64,000 bases of DNA, from the IMG/VR virus record IMGVR_UViG_3300025121_000013; one strand, given 5' to 3'. Below the pieces are notes generated by a model. The model had not been told where the DNA came from and ran no database searches. It saw only the letters and a program-made list of their open reading frames with translations. Source of the DNA: a virus (lineage: Duplodnaviria; Caudoviricetes). A program made the position numbers and the translations under genes. This document shows, one piece after another, positions 54,937 to 64,000 of this stretch; position 1 is the first letter of the stretch, and every line of letters begins with the position of its first letter.

Positions 54937-57396
54937 ATGGCCAACGAAATTTCTAATAAAGTTTATGCATCAAGAGAACAAATACGAAACCAAATTATTT
55001 CTTATATGCAATCCTATCTTGAATTGGAAAATGTTGATTTAGCCAAATCAAGTTTTGTTTCTTTTTTAATCAATGTTCTTTCTAGCTTAACAAGCAATTT
55101 ATTATTTTATCAATTATCGACATATAGAGAATTCTTTTTAACAAGCGCTCAATTACCAGAATCTATTTTAAATCTTTCTTCTTTTTTAGGATACAATTCT
55201 CAAAATGCCACACCAGCTGTGACAAATGCACTTTTAACAATTCCATTGACTTTTACCTCATCGCCTGCGACCATTACAATTCCCTCTGGATTTAAATTCT
55301 CAACATCAGATGCTTGTTATTTTACAACATATTATATAACCATAATTACGATTACAAATAATACCACAGTTTCAATTAAAATACAAAATGGAAATCAAAG
55401 ATACGATTTACCCTATAATATAGACACAGCAGAAAATACTTTAAGTTTTGTTTTACCTTTAAAACAAGTTGTGAGCAATGTTCAAGAATTTTCCTTAGAT
55501 CAAGATATTCAAATATATCAATTTGTGACTTTAGATATTCCCTTAACTAATCAATCCGCTGGATTGACAGTTCAAGTTCAATCTCCTGGAAGTTCTTCAT
55601 GGACAACTTATGAAGAATTTACAAGCCTTTATTTAATGTCAAATTTATCTTATGGATTTGTCCAAAGAAGAACTTCCACTGGAATAAGATTATATTTTGG
55701 AAATGGTTTAATCGGAATTCAACCTGCCCCTGGAAGTAAAATTAGAGTGACAGTTCAGGAAACAAAAGGAGATGATGGAAATATTATTGCAGGAGCTTTA
55801 AGATCTGGAGAAAGACTTTATGTTCCATTATATTCTGGAGGTTATGAAATTGTAAATTATACAGTTTTAAACGCTTCTCCGGCAGTCAATGGAGTCGATC
55901 AAGAATCCATTGACGAGGTTAGAAGAAATGCAATTTCTGGTTTGACGACATTAGGAAAACTTTCTTCCGAGAGTGATTTTAGTCATGTTTCTGAAGTCTC
56001 AAATAATTCTAATATTATAAAGTCTTTACCAATTTTAAAAAGATCTGATATAAAGAATAATGAAATTCTAATTTTTACAGTTTTAAATTTTTTAAATGAA
56101 ATTGTTCCAACAAGAAATTTATATGCCTCAGTCGATGACTCAACCACTTATATTCCAAGGGGAACAACATTCAATTTTGATGATGAAGATTATTTAACAA
56201 TATTTGATATGAATTTAGACACAATAAATTATTCGGCACTTTATTCTTATATTATGTATGAAATACAACAAATTCCATCTTTAATTACAAGCTATGGATC
56301 TTCATATAATATTACCGCAGATAATCTTTTAGTTCAAAGATCTGGCAGTTCTGCACTTTTTCAATTAACTTATAAATCGGATGAATTAGATTCTTATCTT
56401 ACAGAATGTACTTTAGAGAACGCATATTCTGGCATAACTTATAATATGACAAATGATGCTACAAGTTCTTTTACTTATACCTTTTCAGATTATACCATTA
56501 TTCCTGAGGGAGAAAATACATATTATTTTAATATCTCAAAAGGCGGATCAAATATTGCAAAATATTCTTCGACATTTACTTTTAGAAAAAACTTAAATAA
56601 TTTTATGATGTCAAATTTAACAACAGACTCAACAGCTATAACCATTTATGATATTCCAGTTATTAAAAAATCTTATTATAATTCGATAAATCAAAGAGAT
56701 TTTGAATTACTAGTTTTACAAAATCTTTTAGACACAATCAATTTTTCTCAATATAAAATGTTGACTGATTTTCTAAATTTAAAATTTTCAAATACGACAG
56801 GTAATTTATATTCGATGACATATAATAAACAAACAAAATTACCCGTGATAGATTTTAGATCTAGCCCTCCAACATTTCCCACATTGAACGACAGATATAT
56901 TGTTAAAGATGGAGTAGGAGATTGGCTAAATAAAGATGGGCAAATTGCTCAATGTACAGATGAAACAAGTATGACATGGATTTACATAATTCCATTTACA
57001 GATGATATTGTCGAGGTTTTAAATTCAAATAGAAAATATGTGTATACGGAAACAGGATGGTTTTATCCCATTTTAACAAATCCCTTGGAAATAGAAATTG
57101 AGGTTTATAAATCTTCAACATACACGGGAACTGCCACAGAATTAGCCAATAATATTTCCTTAACAATTTTAGAAAACTATCAAGACAGATTTGGAATCAA
57201 TACAAAAATATTTAAATCTGAATTAATAAATACCGTTCAAGATGTTGACGGGGTTGAACATTGCAGAATTATAAAACCTGTCACAAGTATATTTTTCAAT
57301 TTTGATATAAAAGAATTCACTCAAGATGAACTTTTAAAATATGGCCCAGAATATATTTATTTCACTGCTAGCAATATTAGTATAAAGGTAATTTAA
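54937..57396 (+). CDS. Baseplate wedge protein (T4 gp6/baseplate J-like)
   Basis: E.FL.SAQL..SI.NL..FLGY, YFGNG.IG..P and G.D.ESIDEVR motifs. Confidence 0.85.
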   Translation: MANEISNKVYASREQIRNQIISYMQSYLELENVDLAKSSFVSFLINVLSSLTSNLLFYQLSTYREFFLTSAQLPESILNLSSFLGYNSQNATPAVTNALLTIPLTFTSSPATITIPSGFKFSTSDACYFTTYYITIITITNNTTVSIKIQNGNQRYDLPYNIDTAENTLSFVLPLKQVVSNVQEFSLDQDIQIYQFVTLDIPLTNQSAGLTVQVQSPGSSSWTTYEEFTSLYLMSNLSYGFVQRRTSTGIRLYFGNGLIGIQPAPGSKIRVTVQETKGDDGNIIAGALRSGERLYVPLYSGGYEIVNYTVLNASPAVNGVDQESIDEVRRNAISGLTTLGKLSSESDFSHVSEVSNNSNIIKSLPILKRSDIKNNEILIFTVLNFLNEIVPTRNLYASVDDSTTYIPRGTTFNFDDEDYLTIFDMNLDTINYSALYSYIMYEIQQIPSLITSYGSSYNITADNLLVQRSGSSALFQLTYKSDELDSYLTECTLENAYSGITYNMTNDATSSFTYTFSDYTIIPEGENTYYFNISKGGSNIAKYSSTFTFRKNLNNFMMSNLTTDSTAITIYDIPVIKKSYYNSINQRDFELLVLQNLLDTINFSQYKMLTDFLNLKFSNTTGNLYSMTYNKQTKLPVIDFRSSPPTFPTLNDRYIVKDGVGDWLNKDGQIAQCTDETSMTWIYIIPFTDDIVEVLNSNRKYVYTETGWFYPILTNPLEIEIEVYKSSTYTGTATELANNISLTILENYQDRFGINTKIFKSELINTVQDVDGVEHCRIIKPVTSIFFNFDIKEFTQDELLKYGPEYIYFTASNISIKVI

Positions 57397-57397
57397 C

Positions 57398-58525
57398 ATG
57401 CCAATTGATGATGTCATTAAAAAAGGAAAAATTAACGATCCTTCTTTAAAAAAATTGATTGTCAATATTACAGGAAAAGAATTAGCTAAATTATCTGAGC
57501 CATGTTATTATCCATCTCTTAAGAAATATTATTTTGAACTTCTTCATGAAACTAATTTAACAGAAAATGATATAAAAAAATTTGTGAAAGATTTTTATAA
57601 AGATCTTCCAGCTTCAAAATGGGCTCTACAAACAGATCCGATAACAAACTTTCTGATTATTTTAATGTATTATTTTTTGAAAAATAAAGATTATATTTCT
57701 TTTCAATATACTTTACTTTTTATGGGAATAAGAAACTATGCAAATATTTTAAACAAACAAATGAAGTTTTGCAAAGAAGAACATTTTAAATATGCGATTC
57801 AACATTTAAATAGGACACATTTATTTGTGAGAGAAGGAAGTATTGGAAATGGAATTTATTATCTATCTAAAGAATTAGCTAAAAGATATAATTCAAAAAT
57901 TCTTGAAGGAAATCCAGAAGGCATATCTGAATTTATTACAGAATATAGACATAGAATATCTCAAAGTTTAAAAAGTTTTGCTGAGGAATATTATAGAGCC
58001 TCTGAAAGCGGAATGGGTATTAAAACACAAATTGAATATGAAGATGAAGAAGGAAACATTAATTTACATCAAGAAAAAGGTGGTGAGAAAGGATCTGAAT
58101 TAATCAATAATATTACTAAGAAAATTGCCATCTATAAATACGTAGATAAAAAAGCACAAATCGAAGCACAAAAACTAACCAAAATCAATTATTCTTTATC
58201 CAATTTGTTAATTAATAATTTAAATGATATCAAATATTCTGACAAAATTCATAATATTCTAAGATTATTTGTAAAGGACTTAAGCTCTACAAAAGAGGTA
58301 TGTGGAGATCAATTCTATCCTTTTGTAAAAAAATTGATGGGAACTAAATCTATTAAAATAAATAGTTTTAGAGGATCGATAAATATTCTTCTTTTAAACC
58401 TAATTGAAGATATAGGATTTAAAGAAGAGTATGATAATCTTGGAATTCAAACAAAAAAATTAATCTCTGATTTCTTAGCTTATTATATCACAATGGTTTT
58501 ACGAAATACATTATGTTTTAAATAA
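57398..58525 (+). CDS. Hypothetical protein
   Basis: 375-aa ORF. Confidence 0.7.
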   Translation: MPIDDVIKKGKINDPSLKKLIVNITGKELAKLSEPCYYPSLKKYYFELLHETNLTENDIKKFVKDFYKDLPASKWALQTDPITNFLIILMYYFLKNKDYISFQYTLLFMGIRNYANILNKQMKFCKEEHFKYAIQHLNRTHLFVREGSIGNGIYYLSKELAKRYNSKILEGNPEGISEFITEYRHRISQSLKSFAEEYYRASESGMGIKTQIEYEDEEGNINLHQEKGGEKGSELINNITKKIAIYKYVDKKAQIEAQKLTKINYSLSNLLINNLNDIKYSDKIHNILRLFVKDLSSTKEVCGDQFYPFVKKLMGTKSIKINSFRGSINILLLNLIEDIGFKEEYDNLGIQTKKLISDFLAYYITMVLRNTLCFK

Positions 58526-60014
58526 CCTCATTTATTTTTTGATAAACAAATTTTCCTATGGAAATATTTTGTTGATTTTGATCTTGATTTTGTATTCCTT
58601 CAGAAAAACTCGGAGCATCTTTCAAAACATTTCCAGTAAGCATATCTATTACCACATTATCTTTAATAAATTCTCTTGCCTCAACAAGAACTCTATCTAA
58701 AATATTCATAACTCTTAACGCTTCTAAATAATCAGAACTATTTTCTAAAAATTCTGTAACCATTGCCGCAGCTTCAGAGTGAATCCCAAAAGCTCCTAAA
58801 ATAGTGTTCACATTATTAACCACACTGTCAAGTTCATTCAATACCGCAGGAACGCCTTCTTGAGCAATTCTAACGACTCCAAGCATTTTATCTAATAATG
58901 TTTTTGATTCTTTGATTTTGTTTGGGTCAACCCTCCCACTTAAAAATTCATCTATCTGTTCAGCGGCTACGCCAAATTCAAAATCTGATTCTTTTTGAAT
59001 TTTCAAAGGAACTAATTTATTTGTACTTAAATCTATATGGGTATCATATAATACGTCTTTAGAGCCACCTAAACTATCTAAATAACTTTTTAAAGATGGC
59101 CTATTTTTATCTTCAGTTCCGCCTTCATTTGCAATTATAGAATTAAACAAACTTCCAAAATCGATTCTAACATCAACTGACCCTAATCTTTGATTATGGC
59201 CTATCATTTGTTGATCGCCGCCTTTTACCACTGTGATATTACTTATAAACGCATAGGGAATTCTAAATATTCCTGGTACGCTTATATTATGTAAAAAAGG
59301 CCAAGAATAAATAAATCCATCAGAAGAAAGTGGAATCCCTAAAAGTAAAAGAGCCGCCAATGGCCCGGTTATATATTTTTTTGTAGAATCTTCATCTGAA
59401 ACATTTGGATTATATAATCTCACTGTAATTGTGTATGAAGGGGTATATGAACTATTTTTCCAAATTATTGGAAAATCCATTCTTCCGCCCATAACCAATG
59501 TTCCCGCACTATTTAATATTGCAGAGAGTGAATTTTTCATAGGAGAATTATTTCCATATGAATTAAATTCATCTTTTATTTCTTTTGGCATAAGTCTTTT
59601 CGCTAAAGCAGATATATCCTTTCCCTCTCTAAATCCAGCCATTTGAGCCGTTCCAGAAATCATATCTGTTGTAATATTAGTTAAACTTTGAAGATAACTT
59701 TGTCCATATTCATTTGTAAAAGAATCTGTTGGAAAATTATCAGCTAAGAAAGCCACTTTTAATTTATTACCTTTAATAGAAAAACCATGATTATTTAATA
59801 TTTTCGTATAAGTTCCCCAATCGTCATCCAACTTAAATACCGTAGCGCCTAAAACGAAATGAGGTTTTTTAGGAGAAATTTCCATTATTGGAGTTGAGTT
59901 TTTATATAGGGCATCACTCACATATCCAGTGGGTGGCATGCCTATAACTTCAGGTAATTCTTTAACATCATTCATTTTATCAATGGTTTCTTGAACAAGA
60001 TTTTCCATAGCCAT
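58518..60014 (-). CDS. Probable tail-tip/baseplate hub structural protein
   Basis: Directly downstream of the tape-measure-like gene; FPIIWKNSSY and WPFL..PG.F motifs. Confidence 0.55.
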   Translation of the reverse strand: MAMENLVQETIDKMNDVKELPEVIGMPPTGYVSDALYKNSTPIMEISPKKPHFVLGATVFKLDDDWGTYTKILNNHGFSIKGNKLKVAFLADNFPTDSFTNEYGQSYLQSLTNITTDMISGTAQMAGFREGKDISALAKRLMPKEIKDEFNSYGNNSPMKNSLSAILNSAGTLVMGGRMDFPIIWKNSSYTPSYTITVRLYNPNVSDEDSTKKYITGPLAALLLLGIPLSSDGFIYSWPFLHNISVPGIFRIPYAFISNITVVKGGDQQMIGHNQRLGSVDVRIDFGSLFNSIIANEGGTEDKNRPSLKSYLDSLGGSKDVLYDTHIDLSTNKLVPLKIQKESDFEFGVAAEQIDEFLSGRVDPNKIKESKTLLDKMLGVVRIAQEGVPAVLNELDSVVNNVNTILGAFGIHSEAAAMVTEFLENSSDYLEALRVMNILDRVLVEAREFIKDNVVIDMLTGNVLKDAPSFSEGIQNQDQNQQNISIGKFVYQKINEVI

Positions 60015-60033
60015 TTATTTTTCAAACTCCTTT

Positions 60034-63000
60034 TTAAAGAAGACCTTGAGAAATTAAAGAGGTAAAAGGATCTAACTTTGATAAACTTTGATTATCTCCA
60101 TTTATATTATTGACATTCGTTTTGCTATTTGTATTTATGCTTGTAATTCTTGGGCCTAAAACATTATTAATATTTTCTGAAGATGATTTTATCGTGTCAG
60201 AAACTTTATTAGTTGCCCCTTCTAAAGCGTCGACTGTTTTTTCCCAATCAAGAAATTTTGAAGCGATATCATAATCGTAGCTCATTTCTTTTCCAAATGG
60301 AATTAAAGTATTTTTCTCATAAGCCTTTAATGCGTCCTTAGATTTTGTAGACAGTCTGTCTATAGTTTCTTTCATACCGGGAGGAATCTTGTTCTCCCAA
60401 ATTTGATAATATCTTTGAAAGTCTGCAATCTTTCTACTTTTCTCATCCTTAAATCTTTTTGTAAATGATTTATATGCATTACTTTCAAAGAATTCATTCA
60501 ATCTTGATTCACTTGGAATGCTAAATTGTCCATTATCCATATTTTCCAACTCGTATGGCAAATGGTAATATCTATCACTACCCATAATTAAATGTCCATC
60601 ACGTATTGCTTTACCTATTCTTTCTGAAACATTCGGACCAGAAAAAGCCCATACCCTTGCTCTTTCTGAAAGCATATCTGGAGTTACCAAATTAACAATA
60701 TTTTCTTGATTGTTTCTATTTCTCCATAATTCATTTTTAATATTTTCGATCCAATCAAACATCATTTTTTTATAATCTTCAAAACCTTCTGACGCTCCAG
60801 AAACTGCTTTCTTAAATAGAGTCTCTTCTTTTTTATCTTTTTCTTCTTTTCTTTTTGCCTCTTCTATTGCATATTCGGCTGAGGTTACAAATTTGTTAGC
60901 TTTTGGATCATATACAATAGTTTTATGTTGAACCAATGTACTAAATATTGTATCCGCGACTGAAGGGTCATTCCCAATCATTGCCGCTGCTTCTTGGCTA
61001 CATTTTCTTCTAATATCATTTAAAAATTCTCTAGATCTTTTTTCTGTCAAACCATCAACTTCTTTTTCATATGAAGTTTTATTTTTTTCCCTATTTCTTG
61101 CCCTTTGTATTTCTAAATCTTCATCATAAGAATAAATTGTCTCAGCTATAGTTTTGTATTTTCCACTTTTATCTTTATAGACTAATTCATTATCTAATAA
61201 ATATCTTGACCACTCAGCTATTCCTGAAGGATCATTGCCAAATAATTTCTTAGCTTCTTCTGAAGAATTTTCTAAAAATTTCTCTAAAAGATTTTTTTCT
61301 AATTTATAATCACCGATCTTTATTCCATCATGTATATTTTTACTAAATCTTTCTTTTGATAAATCAATAATATTTTCACGAATCTTTAGAGCTTCTGATA
61401 ATTGTAATTTTATTCTATCATGTCTACTTTGCTTAAATCCAATTTCAGAAGGAAACATATTCTTTCCACCTACGTTAACTATCGTACCGCTATTAAACAA
61501 TTTATTAAATTGGGAGGGTCCATCTTCTCCAAAACTGTTCAATAATTTCTGAACTTTTGAAGAAGAATTTTTACCTATGGTTTCAGAAAATACTTTATTA
61601 GCTTTATCTGTATGTTCTTTATTTTCTTTCATAATTGTATTATATTCTTTTATAATTTTATTTAAGTCAAGAATTCCTCCTGTTAAAGTTTTAATCAATT
61701 CATTTGATCCTGACCACATCTTTTCAAAAGTGGTTAATCTGTCTTTTGCTTTTAGAAAAATATTCGAAGCATTTCCCCATCCTTTAAAGAATTTCCATAT
61801 GCCTTTACCTATAAGATAGATTCCAGCAAAAACTGAAGTTCCTATTAATACATGCCATAGACCACTGAAGAAATCTTTTCCCCCATGTTTTAATTTTTGA
61901 AAAAACTCTCCTGATTTAAATTTATCTAATCTTTTCTCTAATTTATCAATAATACTTGATACTTTCTTTGACGTTTTGGATTTTAAAATCTTTTGAATAA
62001 AAGGAATCTTTACAATCCGTCCTAAAAATAATCCAACCACTGAAGTTCCCATAAACCATAAATCACCAAGAATATTTTTTGCAGTTGATGGTTTGGGAAT
62101 AACCGCCGTCGTTACCCCTGGAGGAATTATGACACCAGAATATCCATTGGATTCTTTATTAATTCTGATGTCCATTGGGCCATTAAATCTTTCATTGATC
62201 CAGCTTAATAAACCCTTTATTCCAGTTCCAATTTCTTCAAATATTTTAAATTGTTTTTCCACTATGAAATCATATAACTTTTTTAACAAAGATACTGGAG
62301 TTTCTTTTTCTACTATTTTCTTTCTTCTAAAATTCCATCCTCTTTCTGCCATAAGAAATTCAGATGTCTTTTTAAAATATTTAGATTTTCCTAAAAGTTT
62401 AAATACATCATTTACAGTGTTTGTTAGATCTCTAAATAAAAATTTTCCTATATTTATTGGAACCCCAATTCTTCTTCCTTCTAAACCAAGTTTTCGTCCA
62501 AAAATTGCATTCCATAAAAATTCACCAAAATCTTTTGGTTTTTTCTTTCCGTTACTATTGCCACCTAATCCAAACCCTTTAATCCAATCTGGCCCAGTTT
62601 GAATTATATCAATTAACTTATCAAATCTAAACATAGCTTCTTCATAAATGGTTCCTAATAAAGCTGGAAGAACTTCAAAAAAGTTTTTCGACTTTGGTAA
62701 ATCTGAAGAATATTTTCCTCTCTTTTTTACCAACCATTTAAATATTGATATTGGAGAAAAAACAAGTTTTGAAGTTAATTTTGTTAAAAGAACCATTTTT
62801 CTATAAAATGGATGTTCATCTAACATTTTTGTTTGAAACTTTTTGAATCCCTCAACCTTAGCTCCAATAGCGTCCCTAACTTCAAGAAGAGCTCTTAATT
62901 GACGAACATTAGCTGGCTCAGTATGTTCATTATATGACTCACTTAAAGCTCTAAAAGTACTTTTGAAAAATCCTTCTTTTTGATCTCTTTTCATATCTTT

Positions 63001-64000
63001 GATATATGTATTTAATTTTCTATTTGCGGCAACATTTAACGTCATAACATTTAAAAGTCTTTTTGTTGTGGCTAAAAATGTATGTTGATCTTTTCTTCTT
63101 TTTGTTGTGACTTCTCCGGTTTTTAACTCTTTTAAGGTTTTACTAATTTCATCAAACTTTTCAACCATCTGGTTTGCAGACATCACAACTTCTCCGGCGT
63201 GCACTCTAGCAAGACCGGATTTTGTAATAAAACCACCTTTTGAAAGATGGGGAATATTTTCCTCACCTCTTGCAATCTCTATTGTCTTTTTAGATAATTT
63301 TCCCTTAGAGCCTTTTTCATTCATTTTAGCTTCAGTGCTAGCTTTTTGAAATATATAAGATTTATATGTGTATTGTCGAATTGTTTTTAATTCTTGTAAA
63401 ATAGAAACTAATAAGCTAGACTGCTCAAATTCTGTATCTCCTTGAGTCTGTTGAACATATTGGGAGACCGATCCTTTTGGACGTTGCGCAAGACGTGCCG
63501 CATAAATTAATTTTCTTCCACCTCTCTTTCTAAAAGAGTTTCTAACTCGGCTAGCGGCTCCAGAAATCTTTTCCTTCATTTTTGAAAATATATTTTGAAA
63601 GGCTGGTGTCTCAACCATTTTCCCAACAAAATATCCAATCACTGGACTTATTTTACTTAAAGACCCGGCAACAAGATTTCCTTTATTTACATTCATATCT
63701 TCAGATATTTTTTTACTAAAATCAGCTAAAACACTTCCTGTCATTTTTGTAGCTGACACAACAGTGTTTTTCATTCCTACCATAGCGCTCTTAGAAACCA
63801 TAGCGATACTTGACATTGCCATTTTCGAAACTGAGCTTATTTCTCTTTGAGTTTTTTCTCTTGAACGCATAGCGCTTTCAGTAAATGAAGACTTCGCCAT
63901 ATTAGATCTTGAATTAATTCTTTTAGAATATTCATATGCTTTATCCATAGTACTTTCCGAATTTCTAATATCTTCTTTTGATCTAAACTCGGAAGGATCA
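60034..64000 (-). CDS. Tape measure-like protein (5' partial; frame open to the window edge)
   Basis: More than 1300 aa, helical, with GG.V..SG.A.VHAGEVV and hydrophobic segments. Confidence 0.75.
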   Translation of the reverse strand, partial: DPSEFRSKEDIRNSESTMDKAYEYSKRINSRSNMAKSSFTESAMRSREKTQREISSVSKMAMSSIAMVSKSAMVGMKNTVVSATKMTGSVLADFSKKISEDMNVNKGNLVAGSLSKISPVIGYFVGKMVETPAFQNIFSKMKEKISGAASRVRNSFRKRGGRKLIYAARLAQRPKGSVSQYVQQTQGDTEFEQSSLLVSILQELKTIRQYTYKSYIFQKASTEAKMNEKGSKGKLSKKTIEIARGEENIPHLSKGGFITKSGLARVHAGEVVMSANQMVEKFDEISKTLKELKTGEVTTKRRKDQHTFLATTKRLLNVMTLNVAANRKLNTYIKDMKRDQKEGFFKSTFRALSESYNEHTEPANVRQLRALLEVRDAIGAKVEGFKKFQTKMLDEHPFYRKMVLLTKLTSKLVFSPISIFKWLVKKRGKYSSDLPKSKNFFEVLPALLGTIYEEAMFRFDKLIDIIQTGPDWIKGFGLGGNSNGKKKPKDFGEFLWNAIFGRKLGLEGRRIGVPINIGKFLFRDLTNTVNDVFKLLGKSKYFKKTSEFLMAERGWNFRRKKIVEKETPVSLLKKLYDFIVEKQFKIFEEIGTGIKGLLSWINERFNGPMDIRINKESNGYSGVIIPPGVTTAVIPKPSTAKNILGDLWFMGTSVVGLFLGRIVKIPFIQKILKSKTSKKVSSIIDKLEKRLDKFKSGEFFQKLKHGGKDFFSGLWHVLIGTSVFAGIYLIGKGIWKFFKGWGNASNIFLKAKDRLTTFEKMWSGSNELIKTLTGGILDLNKIIKEYNTIMKENKEHTDKANKVFSETIGKNSSSKVQKLLNSFGEDGPSQFNKLFNSGTIVNVGGKNMFPSEIGFKQSRHDRIKLQLSEALKIRENIIDLSKERFSKNIHDGIKIGDYKLEKNLLEKFLENSSEEAKKLFGNDPSGIAEWSRYLLDNELVYKDKSGKYKTIAETIYSYDEDLEIQRARNREKNKTSYEKEVDGLTEKRSREFLNDIRRKCSQEAAAMIGNDPSVADTIFSTLVQHKTIVYDPKANKFVTSAEYAIEEAKRKEEKDKKEETLFKKAVSGASEGFEDYKKMMFDWIENIKNELWRNRNNQENIVNLVTPDMLSERARVWAFSGPNVSERIGKAIRDGHLIMGSDRYYHLPYELENMDNGQFSIPSESRLNEFFESNAYKSFTKRFKDEKSRKIADFQRYYQIWENKIPPGMKETIDRLSTKSKDALKAYEKNTLIPFGKEMSYDYDIASKFLDWEKTVDALEGATNKVSDTIKSSSENINNVLGPRITSINTNSKTNVNNINGDNQSLSKLDPFTSLISQGLL

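Noticed and set aside
1-64000. Genome-wide stop-codon reassignment (TAG or TGA)
   Set aside because: Genes of 500-1300 aa are intact under code 11, all three stop codons end genes next to RBSs, and there is only one in-frame case each of TAG, TGA and TAA.

Overview
An AT-rich segment of a large contractile-tailed (T4-like or jumbo-type) bacteriophage genome, organised in alternating strand blocks. (1) 1-8.4 kb, plus strand: nucleotide and accessory genes (PyrE, P-loop kinase, GIY-YIG, a stand-alone SerRS N-terminal arm, dCMP deaminase) plus a solo TnpB IS200/IS605 element whose empty site can be reconstructed. (2) 8.7-24.8 kb, minus strand: small accessory genes, including a tandem paralog run, a metallophosphoesterase, YqeY, HTH and sigma-r4 proteins, and a PTP-like phosphatase. 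This block also carries six tRNA genes, one of them with an aberrant anticodon arm. (3) 24.87-25.15 kb: two tandem copies of a covarying, multi-pseudoknot RNA-like element. (4) 25.3-32.4 kb, plus strand: HD protein, baseplate and tail genes, and a tail sheath with an N-terminal extension. (5) 32.5-46.6 kb, minus strand: about 31 tandem, highly diverged paralogs with two Cys4 motifs, interleaved with a methyltransferase, a phosphoesterase, two acyltransferases and a SemiSWEET. (6) 46.8-58.5 kb, plus strand: tail tube, four paralogous putative head-cargo proteins and baseplate genes. (7) 58.5-64 kb, minus strand: a structural protein and a partial tape-measure-like protein. Two recurrent intergenic motifs look like phage-specific promoter classes. 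All functional calls come from motif recognition by eye; no database searches were run.
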